Origin: Eledone cirrhosa
Lineage: Eukaryota
Length of the DNA: 64,000 nt
Reading direction: 5' to 3'
Assembly: GCA_964016885.1 (NCBI GenBank)
Contig: OZ024745.1
Span: 91,946,001 to 92,010,000 of the forward strand
Position numbers and translations under genes: made by a program
Part shown: piece after piece, positions 1 through 12,900 of the stretch
How positions within the stretch are numbered: the first letter of the stretch is position 1
How the letters are laid out: every line of letters starts with the position of its first letter
Notes under the pieces: model-generated
Database searches by the model: none
The model's input: only the letters and a program-made list of their open reading frames with translations
Told to the model about the DNA's origin: nothing

Positions 1-999
1 ATTACTCTGTCTGCGTATCAAACAGCTCCACTAGATACAGTAAGTTATATTACTCTGTCTGAGTATCAAACAGCTCCACTAGATAAAGTAAGTTATATTA
101 CTCTGCCTGAGTATCAAACAGCTCCACTAAATACTGTAAGTTATATTACTCTGTCTGCGTATCAAACAGCTCCACTAGATACAGTAAGTTATATTACTCT
201 GTCTGAGTATCAAACCGCTCCACTAGATACAGTAAGTTATATTACTGTGCCTGAGTATCAAACAGCTCCACTAGATAAAGTAAGTTATATTACTCTGCCT
301 GAGTATCAAACAGCTCCACTAGATAAAGTAAGTTATATTACTCTGCCTGAGTATCAAACAGCTCCACTAGATACAGTAAGTTATATTACTCTGCCTGAGT
401 ATCAAACAGCTCCACTAGATACAGTAAGTTATATTACTCTGTCTGATTATCAAACAGCTCCACTAGATACAGTAAGTTATATTACTCTGCCTGAGTATCA
501 AACAGCTCCACTAGATACAGTAAGTTATATTACTCTGCCTGAGTATCAAACAGCTCCACTAGATACAGTAAGTTATATTACTCTGCCTGAGTATCAAGCA
601 GCTCCACTAGATACAGTAAGTTATATTACTCTGTCTGAGTATCAAACAGCTCCACTAGATACAGTAAGTTTTATTACTCTGCCTGAGTATCAAACAGCTC
701 CACTAGATACAGTAAGTTATATTACTCTGCCTGAATATCAAACAGCTCCACTAGAGACAGTAAGTTATATTACTCTGTCTGAGTATCAAACAGCTCCACT
801 AGATACAGTAAGTTATATTACTCTGTCTGAGTATCAAACAGCTCCACTAGATACTGTAAGTTATATTACTCTGTCTGCATATCAAACAGCTCCACTATAT
901 ACAGTAAGTTATATTCCTCTGTCTGAGTATCAAACAGCTCCACTAGATACAGTAAGTTATATTACTCTGCCTGAGTATCAAACAGCTCCACTAGATAAA

Positions 1000-3900
1000 C
1001 TAAGTTATATTACTCTGCCTGAGTATCAAACAGCTCCACTAGATACAGTAAGTTATATTACTCTGTCTGAGTATCAAACAGCTCCACTAGATACAGTAAG
1101 TTATATTACTCTGCCTGAGTATCAAACAGCTCCACTTGATACAGTAAGTTATATTACTCTGTCTGATTATCAAACAGCTCCCCCAGATACAGTAAGTTAT
1201 TTTACTCTGCCTGAGTATCAAACAGCTCCACTAGATACAGTAAGTTATATTATTCTGTCTGAGTATCAAACAGCTCCACTAGATACAGTAAGTTATATTA
1301 CTCTGTCTGAGTATCAAACAGCTCCACTAAATACAGTAAGTTATATTACTCTGTCTGCGTATCAAACAGCTCCACTAGATACAGTAAATTATATTACTCT
1401 GTCTGAGTATCAAACAGCTCCACTAGATAAAGTAAGTTATATTACTCTGCCTGAGTATTAAACAGCTCCACTAGATACTGTAAGTTATATTACTCTGTCT
1501 GCGTATCAAACAGCTCCACTAGATACAGTAAGTTATATTACTCTGTCTGAGTATCAAACCGCTCCACTAGATACAGTAAGTTATATTACTCTGCCTGAGT
1601 ATCAAACAGCTCCACTAGATACAGTAAGTTATATTACTCTGTCTGATTATCAAACAGCTCCACTAGATACAGTAAGTTATATTACTCTGCCTGAGTATCA
1701 AACAGCTCCCCCAGATACAGTAAGTTATATTACTCTGCCTGAGTATCAAACAGCTCCACTAGATACAGTAAGTTATATTATTCTGTCTGAGTATCAAACA
1801 GCTCCACTAGATACAGTAAGTTATATTACTCTGTCTGAGTATCAAACAGCTCCACTAGATACAGTAAGTTATATTACTCTGCCTCAGTATCAAACAGCTC
1901 CACTAGATACAGTAAGTTATATTACTCAGCCTGAGTATCAAACAGCTCCACTAGATACAGTAAGTTATATTACTCTGCCTGAGTATCAAACAGCTCCCCT
2001 AGATACAGTAGGTTATATTACTCTGCCTGAGTATCAAACAGCTCCACTAGATACAGTAAGTTATATTACTCTGCCTGAGTATCAAACAGCTCCACTAGAT
2101 ACAGTAAGTTATATTACTCTGCCTGAGTATCAAACAGCTCCACTAGATACAGTAAGTTATATTACTCTGCCTGAGTATCAAGCAGCTCCACTAGATACAG
2201 TAAGTTATATTACTCTGTCTGAGTATCAAACAGCTCCACTAGATACAGTAAGTTTTATTACTCTGCCTGAGTATCAAACAGCTCCACTAGATACAGTAAG
2301 TTATATTACTCTGCCTGAATATCAAACAGCTCCACTAGAGACAGTAATTTATATTACTCTGCCTGAGTATCAAACAGCTCCACTAGATAAACTAAGTTAT
2401 ATTACTCTGCCTGAGTATCAAACAGCTCCACTAGATACAGTAAGTTATATTACTCTGTCTGAGTATCAAACAGCTCCACTAGATAAAGTAAGTTATATTA
2501 CTCTGCCTGAGTATCAAGCAGCTCCACTAGATACAGTAAGTTATATTACTCTGTCTGATTATCAAACAGCTCCACTAGATACAGTAGGTTATATTACTCT
2601 GTCTGAGTATCAAACAGCTCCACTAGATACAGTAAGTTATATTACTCTGCCTGAGTATCAAACAGCTCCACTAGATACAGTAAGTTATATTACTCTGTCT
2701 GAGTATCAAACACCTCCACTAAATACAGTAAGTTATATTACTCTGTCTGCGTATCAAACAGCTCCACTAGATACAGTAAGTTATATTACTCTGTCTGAGT
2801 ATCAAACAGCTCCACTAGATAAAGTAAGTTATATTACTCTGCCTGAGTATCAAACAGCTCCACTAAATACTGTAAGTTATATTACTCTGTCTGCGTATCA
2901 AACAGCTCCACTAGATACAGTAAGTTATATTACTCTGTCTGAGTATCAAACCGCTCCACTAGATACAGTAAGTTATATTACTGTGCCTGAGTATCAAACA
3001 GCTCCACTAGATAAAGTAAGTTATATTACTCTGCCTGAGTATCAAACAGCTCCACTAGATAAAGTAAGTTATATTACTCTGCCTGAGTATCAAACAGCTC
3101 CACTAGATACAGTAAGTTATATTACTCTGCCTGAGTATCAAACAGCTCCACTAGATACAGTAAGTTATATTACTCTGTCTGATTATCAAACAGCTCCACT
3201 AGATACAGTAAGTTATATTACTCTGCCTGAGTATCAAACAGCTCCCCCAGATACAGTAAGTTGTATTACTCTGCCTGAGTATCAAACAGCTCCACTAGAT
3301 ACAGTAAGTTATGTTATTCTGTCTGAGTATCAAACAGCTCCACTAGATACAGTAAGTCATATTACTCTGTCTGAGTATCAAACAGCTCCACTAGATACAG
3401 TAAGTTATATTACTCTGCCTGAGTATCAAACAGCTCCACTAGATACAGTAAGTTATATTACTCTGCCTGAGTATCAAACAGCTCCACTAGATACAGTAAG
3501 TTATATTACTCTGCCTGAGTATCAAGCAGCTCCACTAGATACAGTAAGTTATATTACTCTGTCTGAGTATCAAGCAGCTCCACTAGATACAGTAAGTTTT
3601 ATTACTCTGCCTGAGTATCAAACAGCTCCACTAGATACAGTAAGTTATATTACTCTGCCTGAATATCAAACAGCTCCACTAGAGACAGTAAGTTATATTA
3701 CTCTGCCTGAGTATCAAACAGCTCCACTAGATAAACTAAGTTATATTACTCTGCCTGAGTATCAAACAGCTCCACTAGATACAGTAAGTTATATTACTCT
3801 GTCTGAGTATCAAACAGCTCCACTAGATACAGTAAGTTATGTTATTCTGTCTGAGTATCAAACAGCTCCACTAGATACAGTAAGTTATATTACTCTGTCT

Positions 3901-6900
3901 GAGTATCAAACAGCTCCACTAGATACAGTAAGTTTTATTACTCTGCCTGAGTATCAAACAGCTCCACTAGATACAGTAAGTTATGTTATTCTGTCTGAGT
4001 ATCAAACAGCTCCACTAGATACAGTAAGTTATATTACTCTGTCTGAGTATCAAACAGCTCCACTAGATACAGTAAGTTATATTACTCTGCCTGAGTATCA
4101 AACAGCTCCACTAGATACAGTAAGTTATATTACTCTGCCTGAGTATCAAACAGCTCCACTAGATACAGTAAGTTATATTACTCTGTCTGAGTATCAAACA
4201 GCTCCACTAGATACAGTAGGTTATATTACTCTGCCTGAGTATCAAACAGCTCCCCTAGATACAGTAGGTTATATTACTCTGTCTGAGTATCAAACAGCTC
4301 CACTAGATACAGTAATTATATTACTCTGTCTGAGTATCAAACATCTCCACTAGATACAGTAAGTTATATTACTCTGCCTGAGTTTCAAACAGCTCCACTA
4401 GATACAGTAAGTTATATTACTCTGCCTGAGTATCAAGCAGCTGCACTAGATACAGTAAGTTATATTACTCTGTCTGAGTATCAAACAGCTCCACTAGATA
4501 CAGTAAGTTTTATTACTCTGCCTGAGTATCAAACAGCTCCACTAGATACAGTAAGTTATATTACTCTGCCTGAGTATCAAACAGCTCCACTAGATACAGT
4601 AAGTTATATTACTCTGCCTGAGTATCAAACAGCTCCACTAGATACAGTAAGTTATATTACTCTGCCTGAGTATCAAGCAGCTCCACTAGATACAGTAAGT
4701 TATATTACTCTGCCTGAATATCAAACAGCTCCACTAGAGACAGTAAGTTATATTACTCTGTCTGAGTATCAAACAGCTCCACTAGATACAGTAAGTTATA
4801 TTACTCTGTCTGAGTATCAAACAGCTCCACTAGATACTGTAAGTTATATTACTCTGTCTGCATATCAAACAGCTCCACTATATACAGTAAGTTATATTCC
4901 TCTGTCTGAGTATCAAACAGCTCCACTAGATACAGTAAGTTATATTACTCTGCCTGAGTATGAAACAGCTCCACTAGATAAACTAAGTTATATTACTCTG
5001 CCTGAGTATCAAACAGCTCCACTAGATACAGTAAGTTATATTACTCTGTCTGAGTATCAAACAGCTCCACTAGATACAGTAAGTTATATTACTCTGCCTG
5101 AGTATCAAACAGCTCCACTTGATACAGTAAGTTATATTACTCTGTCTGATTATCAAACAGCTCCCCCAGATACAGTAAGTTATTTTACTCTGCCTGAGTA
5201 TCAAACAGCTCCACTAGATACAGTAAGTTATATTATTCTGTCTGAGTATCAAACAGCTCCACTAAATACAGTAAGTTATATTACTCTGTCTGCGTATCAA
5301 ACAGCTCCACTAGATACAGTAAGTTATATTACTCTGTCTGAGTATCAAACAGCTCCACTAGATAAAGTAAGTTATATTACTCTGCCTGAGTATTAAACAG
5401 CTCCACTAGATACTGTAAGTTATATTACTCTGTCTGCGTATCAAACAGCTCCACTAGATACAGTAAGTTATATTACTCTGTCTGAGTATCAAACCGCTCC
5501 ACTAGATACAGTAAGTTATATTACTCTGCCTGAGTATCAAACAGCTCCACTAGATACAGTAAGTTATATTACTCTGTCTGATTATCAAACAGCTCCACTA
5601 GATACAGTAAGTTATATTACTCTGCCTGAGTATCAAACAGCTCCCCCAGATACAGTAAGTTATATTACTCTGCCTGAGTATCAAACAGCTCCACTAGATA
5701 CAGTAAGTTATATTATTCTGTCTGAGTATCAAACAGCTCCACTAGATACAGTAAGTTATATTACTCTGTCTGAGTATCAAACAGCTCCACTAGATACAGT
5801 AAGTTATATTACTCTGCCTCAGTATCAAACAGCTCCACTAGATACAGTAAGTTATATTACTCAGCCTGAGTATCAAACAGCTCCACTAAATACAGTAAGT
5901 TATATTACTCTGTCTGAGTATCAAACAGCTCCACTATATACAGTAGGTTATATTACTCTGCCTGAGTATCAAACAGCTCCCCTAGATACAGTAGGTTATA
6001 TTACTCTGCCTGAGTATCAAACAGCTCCACTAGATACAGTAAGTTATATTACTCTGCCTGAGTATCAAACAGCTCCACTAGATACAGTAAGTTATATTAC
6101 TCTGCCTGAGTATCAAACAGCTCCACTAGATACAGTAAGTTATATTACTCTGCCTGAGTATCAAGCAGCTCCACTAGATACAGTAAGTTATATTACTCTG
6201 TCTGAGTATCAAACAGCTCCACTAGATACAGTAAGTTTTATTACTCTGCCTGAGTATCAAACAGCTCCACTAGATACAGTAAGTTATATTACTCTGCCTG
6301 AATATCAAACAGCTCCACTAGAGACAGTAAGTTATATTACTCTGCCTGAGTATCAAACAGCTCCACTAGATAAACTAAGTTATATTACTCTGCCTGAGTA
6401 TCAAACAGCTCCACTAGATACAGTAAGTTATATTACTCTGTCTGAGTATCAAACAGCTCCACTAGATAAAGTAAGTTATATTACTCTGCCTGAGTATCAA
6501 GCAGCTCCACTAGATACAGTAAGTTATATTACTCTGTCTGATTATCAAACAGCTCCACTAGATACAGTAAGTTATATTACTCTGTCTGAGTATCAAACAG
6601 CTCCACTAGATACAGTAAGTTATATTACTCTGCCTGAGTATCAAACAGCTCCACTAGATACAGTAAGTTATATTACTCTGTCTGAGTATCAAACACCTCC
6701 ACTAAATACAGTAAGTTATATTACTCTGTCTGCGTATCAAACAGCTCCACTAGATACAGTAAGTTATATTACTCTGTCTGAGTATCAAACAGCTCCACTA
6801 GATAAAGTAAGTTATATTACTCTGCCTGAGTATCAAACAGCTCCACTAAATACTGTAAGTTATATTACTCTGTCTGCGTATCAAACAGCTCCACTAGATA

Positions 6901-9900
6901 CAGTAAGTTATATTACTCTGTCTGAGTATCAAACCGCTCCACTAGATACAGTAAGTTATATTACTGTGCCTGAGTATCAAACAGCTCCACTAGATAAAGT
7001 AAGTTATATTACTCTGCCTGAGTATCAAACAGCTCCACTAGATAAAGTAAGCTATATTACTCTGCCTGAGTATCAAACAGCTCCACTAGATACAGTAAGT
7101 TATATTACTCTGCCTGAGTATCAAACAGCTCCACTAGATACAGTAAGTTATATTACTCTGTCTGATTATCAAACAGCTCCACTAGATACAGTAAGTTATA
7201 TTACTCTGCCTGAGTATCAAACAGCTCCCCCAGATACAGTAAGTTGTATTACTCTGCCTGAGTATCAAACAGCTCCACTAGATACAGTAAGTTATGTTAT
7301 TCTGTCTGAGTATCAAACAGCTCCACTAGATACAGTAAGTTATATTACTCTGTCTGAGTATCAAACAGCTCCACTAGATACAGTAAGTTATATTACTCTG
7401 CCTGAGTATCAAACAGCTCCACTAGATACAGTAAGTTATATTACTCTGCCTGAGTATCAAACAGCTCCACTAGATACAGTAAGTTATATTACTCTGCCTG
7501 AGTATCAAGCAGCTCCACTAGATACAGTAAGTTATATTACTCTGTCTGAGTATCAAACAGCTCCACTAGATACAGTAAGTTTTATTACTCTGCCTGAGTA
7601 TCAAACAGCTGCACTAGATACAGTAAGTTATATTACTCTGCCTGAATATCAAACAGCTCCACTAGAGACAGTAAGTTATATTACTCTGCCTGAGTATCAA
7701 ACAGCTCCACTAGATAAACTAAGTTATATTACTCTGCCTGAGTATCAAACAGCTCCACTAGATACAGTAAGTTATACTACTCTGTCTGAGTATCAAACAG
7801 CTCCACTAGATACAGTAAGTTATATTACTCTGCCTGAGTATCAAGCAGCTCCACTAGATACAGTAAGTTATATTACTCTGTCTGATTATCAAACAGCTCC
7901 ACTAGATACAGTAAGTTATATTACTCTGTCTGAGTATCAAATGGCTCCACTAGATACAGTAAGTTATATTACTCTGCCTGAGTATCAAACAGCTCCACTA
8001 GATACAGTAAGTTATATTACTCTGTCTGAGTATCAAACACCTCCACTAAATACAGTAAGTTATATTACTCTGTCTGCGTATCAAACAGCTCCACTAGGTA
8101 CAGTAAGTTATATTACTCTGTCTGAGTATCAAACAGCTCCACTAGATAAAGTAAGTTATATTACTCTGCCTGAGTATCAAACAGCTCCACTAGATACTGT
8201 AAGTTATATTACTCTGTCTGCGTATCAAACAGCTCCACTAGATACAGTAAGTTATATTACTCTGTCTGAGTATCAAACCGCTCCACTAGATACAGTAAGT
8301 TATATTACTGTGCCTGAGTATCAAACAGCTCCACTAGATAAAGTAAGTTATATTACTCTGCCTGAGTATCAAACAGCTCCACTAGATAAAGTAAGTTATA
8401 TTACTCTGCCTGAGTATCAAACAGCTCCACTAGATACAGTAAGTTATATTACTCTGCCTGAGTATCAAACAGCTCCACTAGATACAGTAAGTTATATTAC
8501 TCTGTCTGATTATCAAACAGCTCCACTAGATACAGTAAGTTATATTACTCTGCCTGAGTATCAAACAGCTCCCCCAGATACAGTAAGTTGTATTACTCTG
8601 CCTGAGTATCAAACAGCTCCACTAGATACAGTAAGTTATGTTATTCTGTCTGAGTATCAAACAGCTCCACTAGATACAGTAAGTTATATTACTCTGTCTG
8701 AGTATCAAACAGCTCCACTAGATACAGTAAGTTATATTACTCTGCCTGAGTATCAAACAGCTCCACTAGATACAGTAAGTTATATTACTCTGCCTGAGTA
8801 TCAAACAGCTCCACTAGATACAGTAAGTTATATTACTCTGTCTGAGTATCAAACAGCTCCACTAGATACAGTAGGTTATATTACTCTGCCTGAGTATCAA
8901 ACAGCTCCCCTAGATACAGTAGGTTATATTACTCTGTCTGAGTATCAAACAGCTCCACTAGATACAGTAATTATATTACTCTGTCTGAGTATCCAACATC
9001 TCCACTAGATACAGTAAGTTATATTACTCTGCCTGAGTTTCAAACAGCTCCACTAGATACAGTAAGTTATATTACTCTGCCTGAGTATCAAGCAGCTCCA
9101 CTAGATACAGTAAGTTATATTACTCTGTCTGAGTATCAAACAGCTCCACTAGATACAGTAAGTTTTATTACTCTGCCTGAGTATCAAACAGCTCCACTAG
9201 ATACAGTAAGTTATATTACTCTGCCTGAGTATCAAACAGCTCCACTAGATACAGTAAGTTATATTACTCTGCCTGAGTATCAAACAGCTCCACTAGATAC
9301 AGTAAGTTATATTACTCTGCCTGAGTATCAAGCAGCTCCACTAGATACAGTAAGTTATATTACTCTGTCTCAGTATCAAACAGCTCCACTAGATACAGTA
9401 AGTTTTATTACTCTGCCTGAGTATCAAACAGCTCCACTAGATACAGTAAGTTATATTAGTCTGCCTGAATATCAAACAGCTCCACTAGAGACAGTAAGTT
9501 ATATTACTCTGTCTGAGTATCAAACAGCTCCACTAGATACAGTAAGTTATATTACTCTGTCTGAGTATCAAACAGCTCCACTAGATACTGTAAGTTATAT
9601 TACTCTGTCTGCATATCAAACAGCTCCACTATATACAGTAAGTTATATTCCTCTGTCTGAGTATCAAACAGCTCCACTAGATACAGTAAGTTATATTACT
9701 TTGCCTGAGTATCAAACAGCTCCACTAGATAAACTAAGTTATATTACTCTGCCTGAGTATCAAACAGCTCCACTAGATACAGTAAGTTATATTACTCTGT
9801 CTGAGTATCAAACAGCTCCACTAGATACAGTAAGTTATATTACTCTGCCTGAGTATCAAACAGCTCCACTTGATACAGTAAGTTATATTACTCTGTCTGA

Positions 9901-12900
9901 TTATCAAACAGCTCCCCCAGATACAGTAAGTTATTTTACTCTGCCTGAGTATCAAACAGCTCCACTAGATACAGTAAGTTATATTATTCTGTCTGAGTAT
10001 CAAACAGCTCCACTAGATACAGTAAGTTATATTACTCTGTCTGAGTATCAAACAGCTCCACTAAATACAGTAAGTTATATTACTCTGTCTGCGTATCAAA
10101 CAGCTCCACTAGATACAGTAAGTTATATTACTCTGTCTGAGTATCAAACAGCTCCACTAGATAAAGTAAGTTATATTACTCTGCCTGAGTATTAAACAGC
10201 TCCACTAGATACTGTAAGTTATATTACTCTGTCTGCGTATCAAACAGCTCCACTAGATACAGTAAGTTATATTATTCTGTCTGAGTATCAAACCGCTCCA
10301 CTAGATACAGTAAGTTATATTACTCTGCCTGAGTATCAAACAGCTCCACTAGATACAGTAAGTTATATTACTCTGTCTGATTATCAAACAGCTCCACTAG
10401 ATACAGTAAGTTATATTACTCTGCCTGAGTATCAAACAGCTCCCCCAGATACAGTAAGTTATATTACTCTGCCTGAGTATCAAACAGCTCCACTAGATAC
10501 AGTAAGTTATATTATTCTGTCTGAGTATCAAACAGCTCCACTAGATACAGTAAGTTATATTACTCTGTCTGAGTATCAAACAGCTCCACTAGATACAGTA
10601 AGTTATATTACTCTGCCTCAGTATCAAACAGCTCCACTAGATACAGTAAGTTATATTACTCAGCCTGAGTATCAAACAGCTCCACTAGATACAGTAAGTT
10701 ATATTACTCTGTCTGAGTATCAAACAGCTCCACTATATACAGTAGGTTATATTACTCTGCCTGAGTATCAAACAGCTCCCCTAGATACAGTAGGTTATAT
10801 TACTCTGCCTGAGTATCAAACAGCTCCACTAGATACAGTAAGTTATATTACTCTGCCTGAGTATCAAACAGCTCCACTAGATACAGTAAGTTATATTACT
10901 CTGCCTGAGTATCAAACAGCTCCACTAGATACAGTAAGTTATATTACTCTGCCTGAGTATCAAGCAGCTCCACTAGATACAGTAAGTTATATTACTCTGT
11001 CTGAGTATCAAACAGCTCCACTAGATACAGTAAGTTTTATTACTCTGCCTGAGTATCAAACAGCTCCACTAGATACAGTAAGTTATATTACTCTGCCTGA
11101 ATATCAAACAGCTCCACTAGAGACAGTAATTTATATTACTCTGCCTGAGTATCAAACAGCTCCACTAGATAAACTAAGTTATATTACTCTGCCTGAGTAT
11201 CAAACAGCTCCACTAGATACAGTAAGTTATATTACTCTGTCTGAGTATCAAACAGCTCCACTAGATAAAGTAAGTTATATTACTCTGCCTGAGTATCAAG
11301 CAGCTCCACTAGATACAGTAAGTTATATTACTCTGTCTGATTATCAAACAGCTCCACTAGATACAGTAGGTTATATTACTCTGTCTGAGTATCAAACAGC
11401 TCCACTAGATACAGTAAGTTATATTACTCTGCCTGAGTATCAAACAGCTCCACTAGATACAGTAAGTTATATTACTCTGTCTGAGTATCAAACACCTCCA
11501 CTAAATACAGTAAGTTATATTACTCTGTCTGCGTATCAAACAGCTCCACTAGATACAGTAAGTTATATTACTCTGTCTGAGTATCAAACAGCTCCACTAG
11601 ATAAAGTAAGTTATATTACTCTGCCTGAGTATCAAACAGCTCCACTAAATACTGTAAGTTATATTACTCTGTCTGCGTATCAAACAGCTCCACTAGATAC
11701 AGTAAGTTATATTACTCTGTCTGAGTATCAAACCGCTCCACTAGATACAGTAAGTTATATTACTGTGCCTGAGTATCAAACAGCTCCACTAGATAAAGTA
11801 AGTTATATTACTCTGCCTGAGTATCAAACAACTCCACTAGATAAAGTAAGTTATATTACTCTGCCTGAGTATCAAACAGCTCCACTAGATACAGTAAGTT
11901 ATATTACTCTGCCTGAGTATCAAACAGCTCCACTAGATACAGTAAGTTATATTACTCTGTCTGATTATCAAACAGCTCCACTAGATACAGTAAGTTATAT
12001 TACTCTGCCTGAGTATCAAACAGCTCCCCCAGATACAGTAAGTTGTATTACTCTGCCTGAGTATCAAACAGCTCCACTAGATACAGTAAGTTATGTTATT
12101 CTGTCTGAGTATCAAACAGCTCCACTAGATACAGTAAGTTATATTACTCTGTCTGAGTATCAAACAGCTCCACTAGATACAGTAAGTTATATTACTCTGC
12201 CTGAGTATCAAACAGCTCCACTAGATACAGTAAGTTATATTACTCTGCCTGAGTATCAAACAGCTCCACTAGATACAGTAAGTTATATTACTCTGCCTGA
12301 GTATCAAGCAGCTCCACTAGATACAGTAAGTTATATTACTCTGTCTGAGTATCAAACAGCTCCACTAGATACAGTAAGTTTTATTACTCTGCCTGAGTAT
12401 CAAACAGCTCCACTAGATACAGTAAGTTATATTACTCTGCCTGAATATCAAACAGCTCCACTAGAGACAGTAAGTTATATTACTCTGCCTGAGTATCAAA
12501 CAGCTCCACTAGATAAACTAAGTTATATTACTCTGCCTGAGTATCAAACAGCTCCACTAGATACAGTAAGTTATATTACTCTGTCTGAGTATCAAACAGC
12601 TCCACTAGATACAGTAAGTTATGTTATTCTGTCTGAGTATCAAACAGCTCCACTAGATACAGTAAGTTATATTACTCTGTCTGAGTATCAAACAGCTCCA
12701 CTAGATACAGTAAGTTTTATTACTCTGCCTGAGTATCAAACAGCTCCACTAGATACAGTAAGTTATGTTATTCTGTCTGAGTATCAAACAGCTCCACTAG
12801 ATACAGTAAGTTATATTACTCTGTCTGAGTATCAAACAGCTCCACTAGATACAGTAAGTTATATTACTCTGCCTGAGTATCAAACAGCTCCACTAGATAC

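Noticed and set aside
4315-4353. Hydrophobic C-terminal tail VIILLCLSIKHLH as a membrane anchor or programmed frameshift product
   Set aside because: It is simply the alternative-frame reading of the monomer after the 1-bp deletion, too short for a transmembrane helix, with no slippery heptamer.
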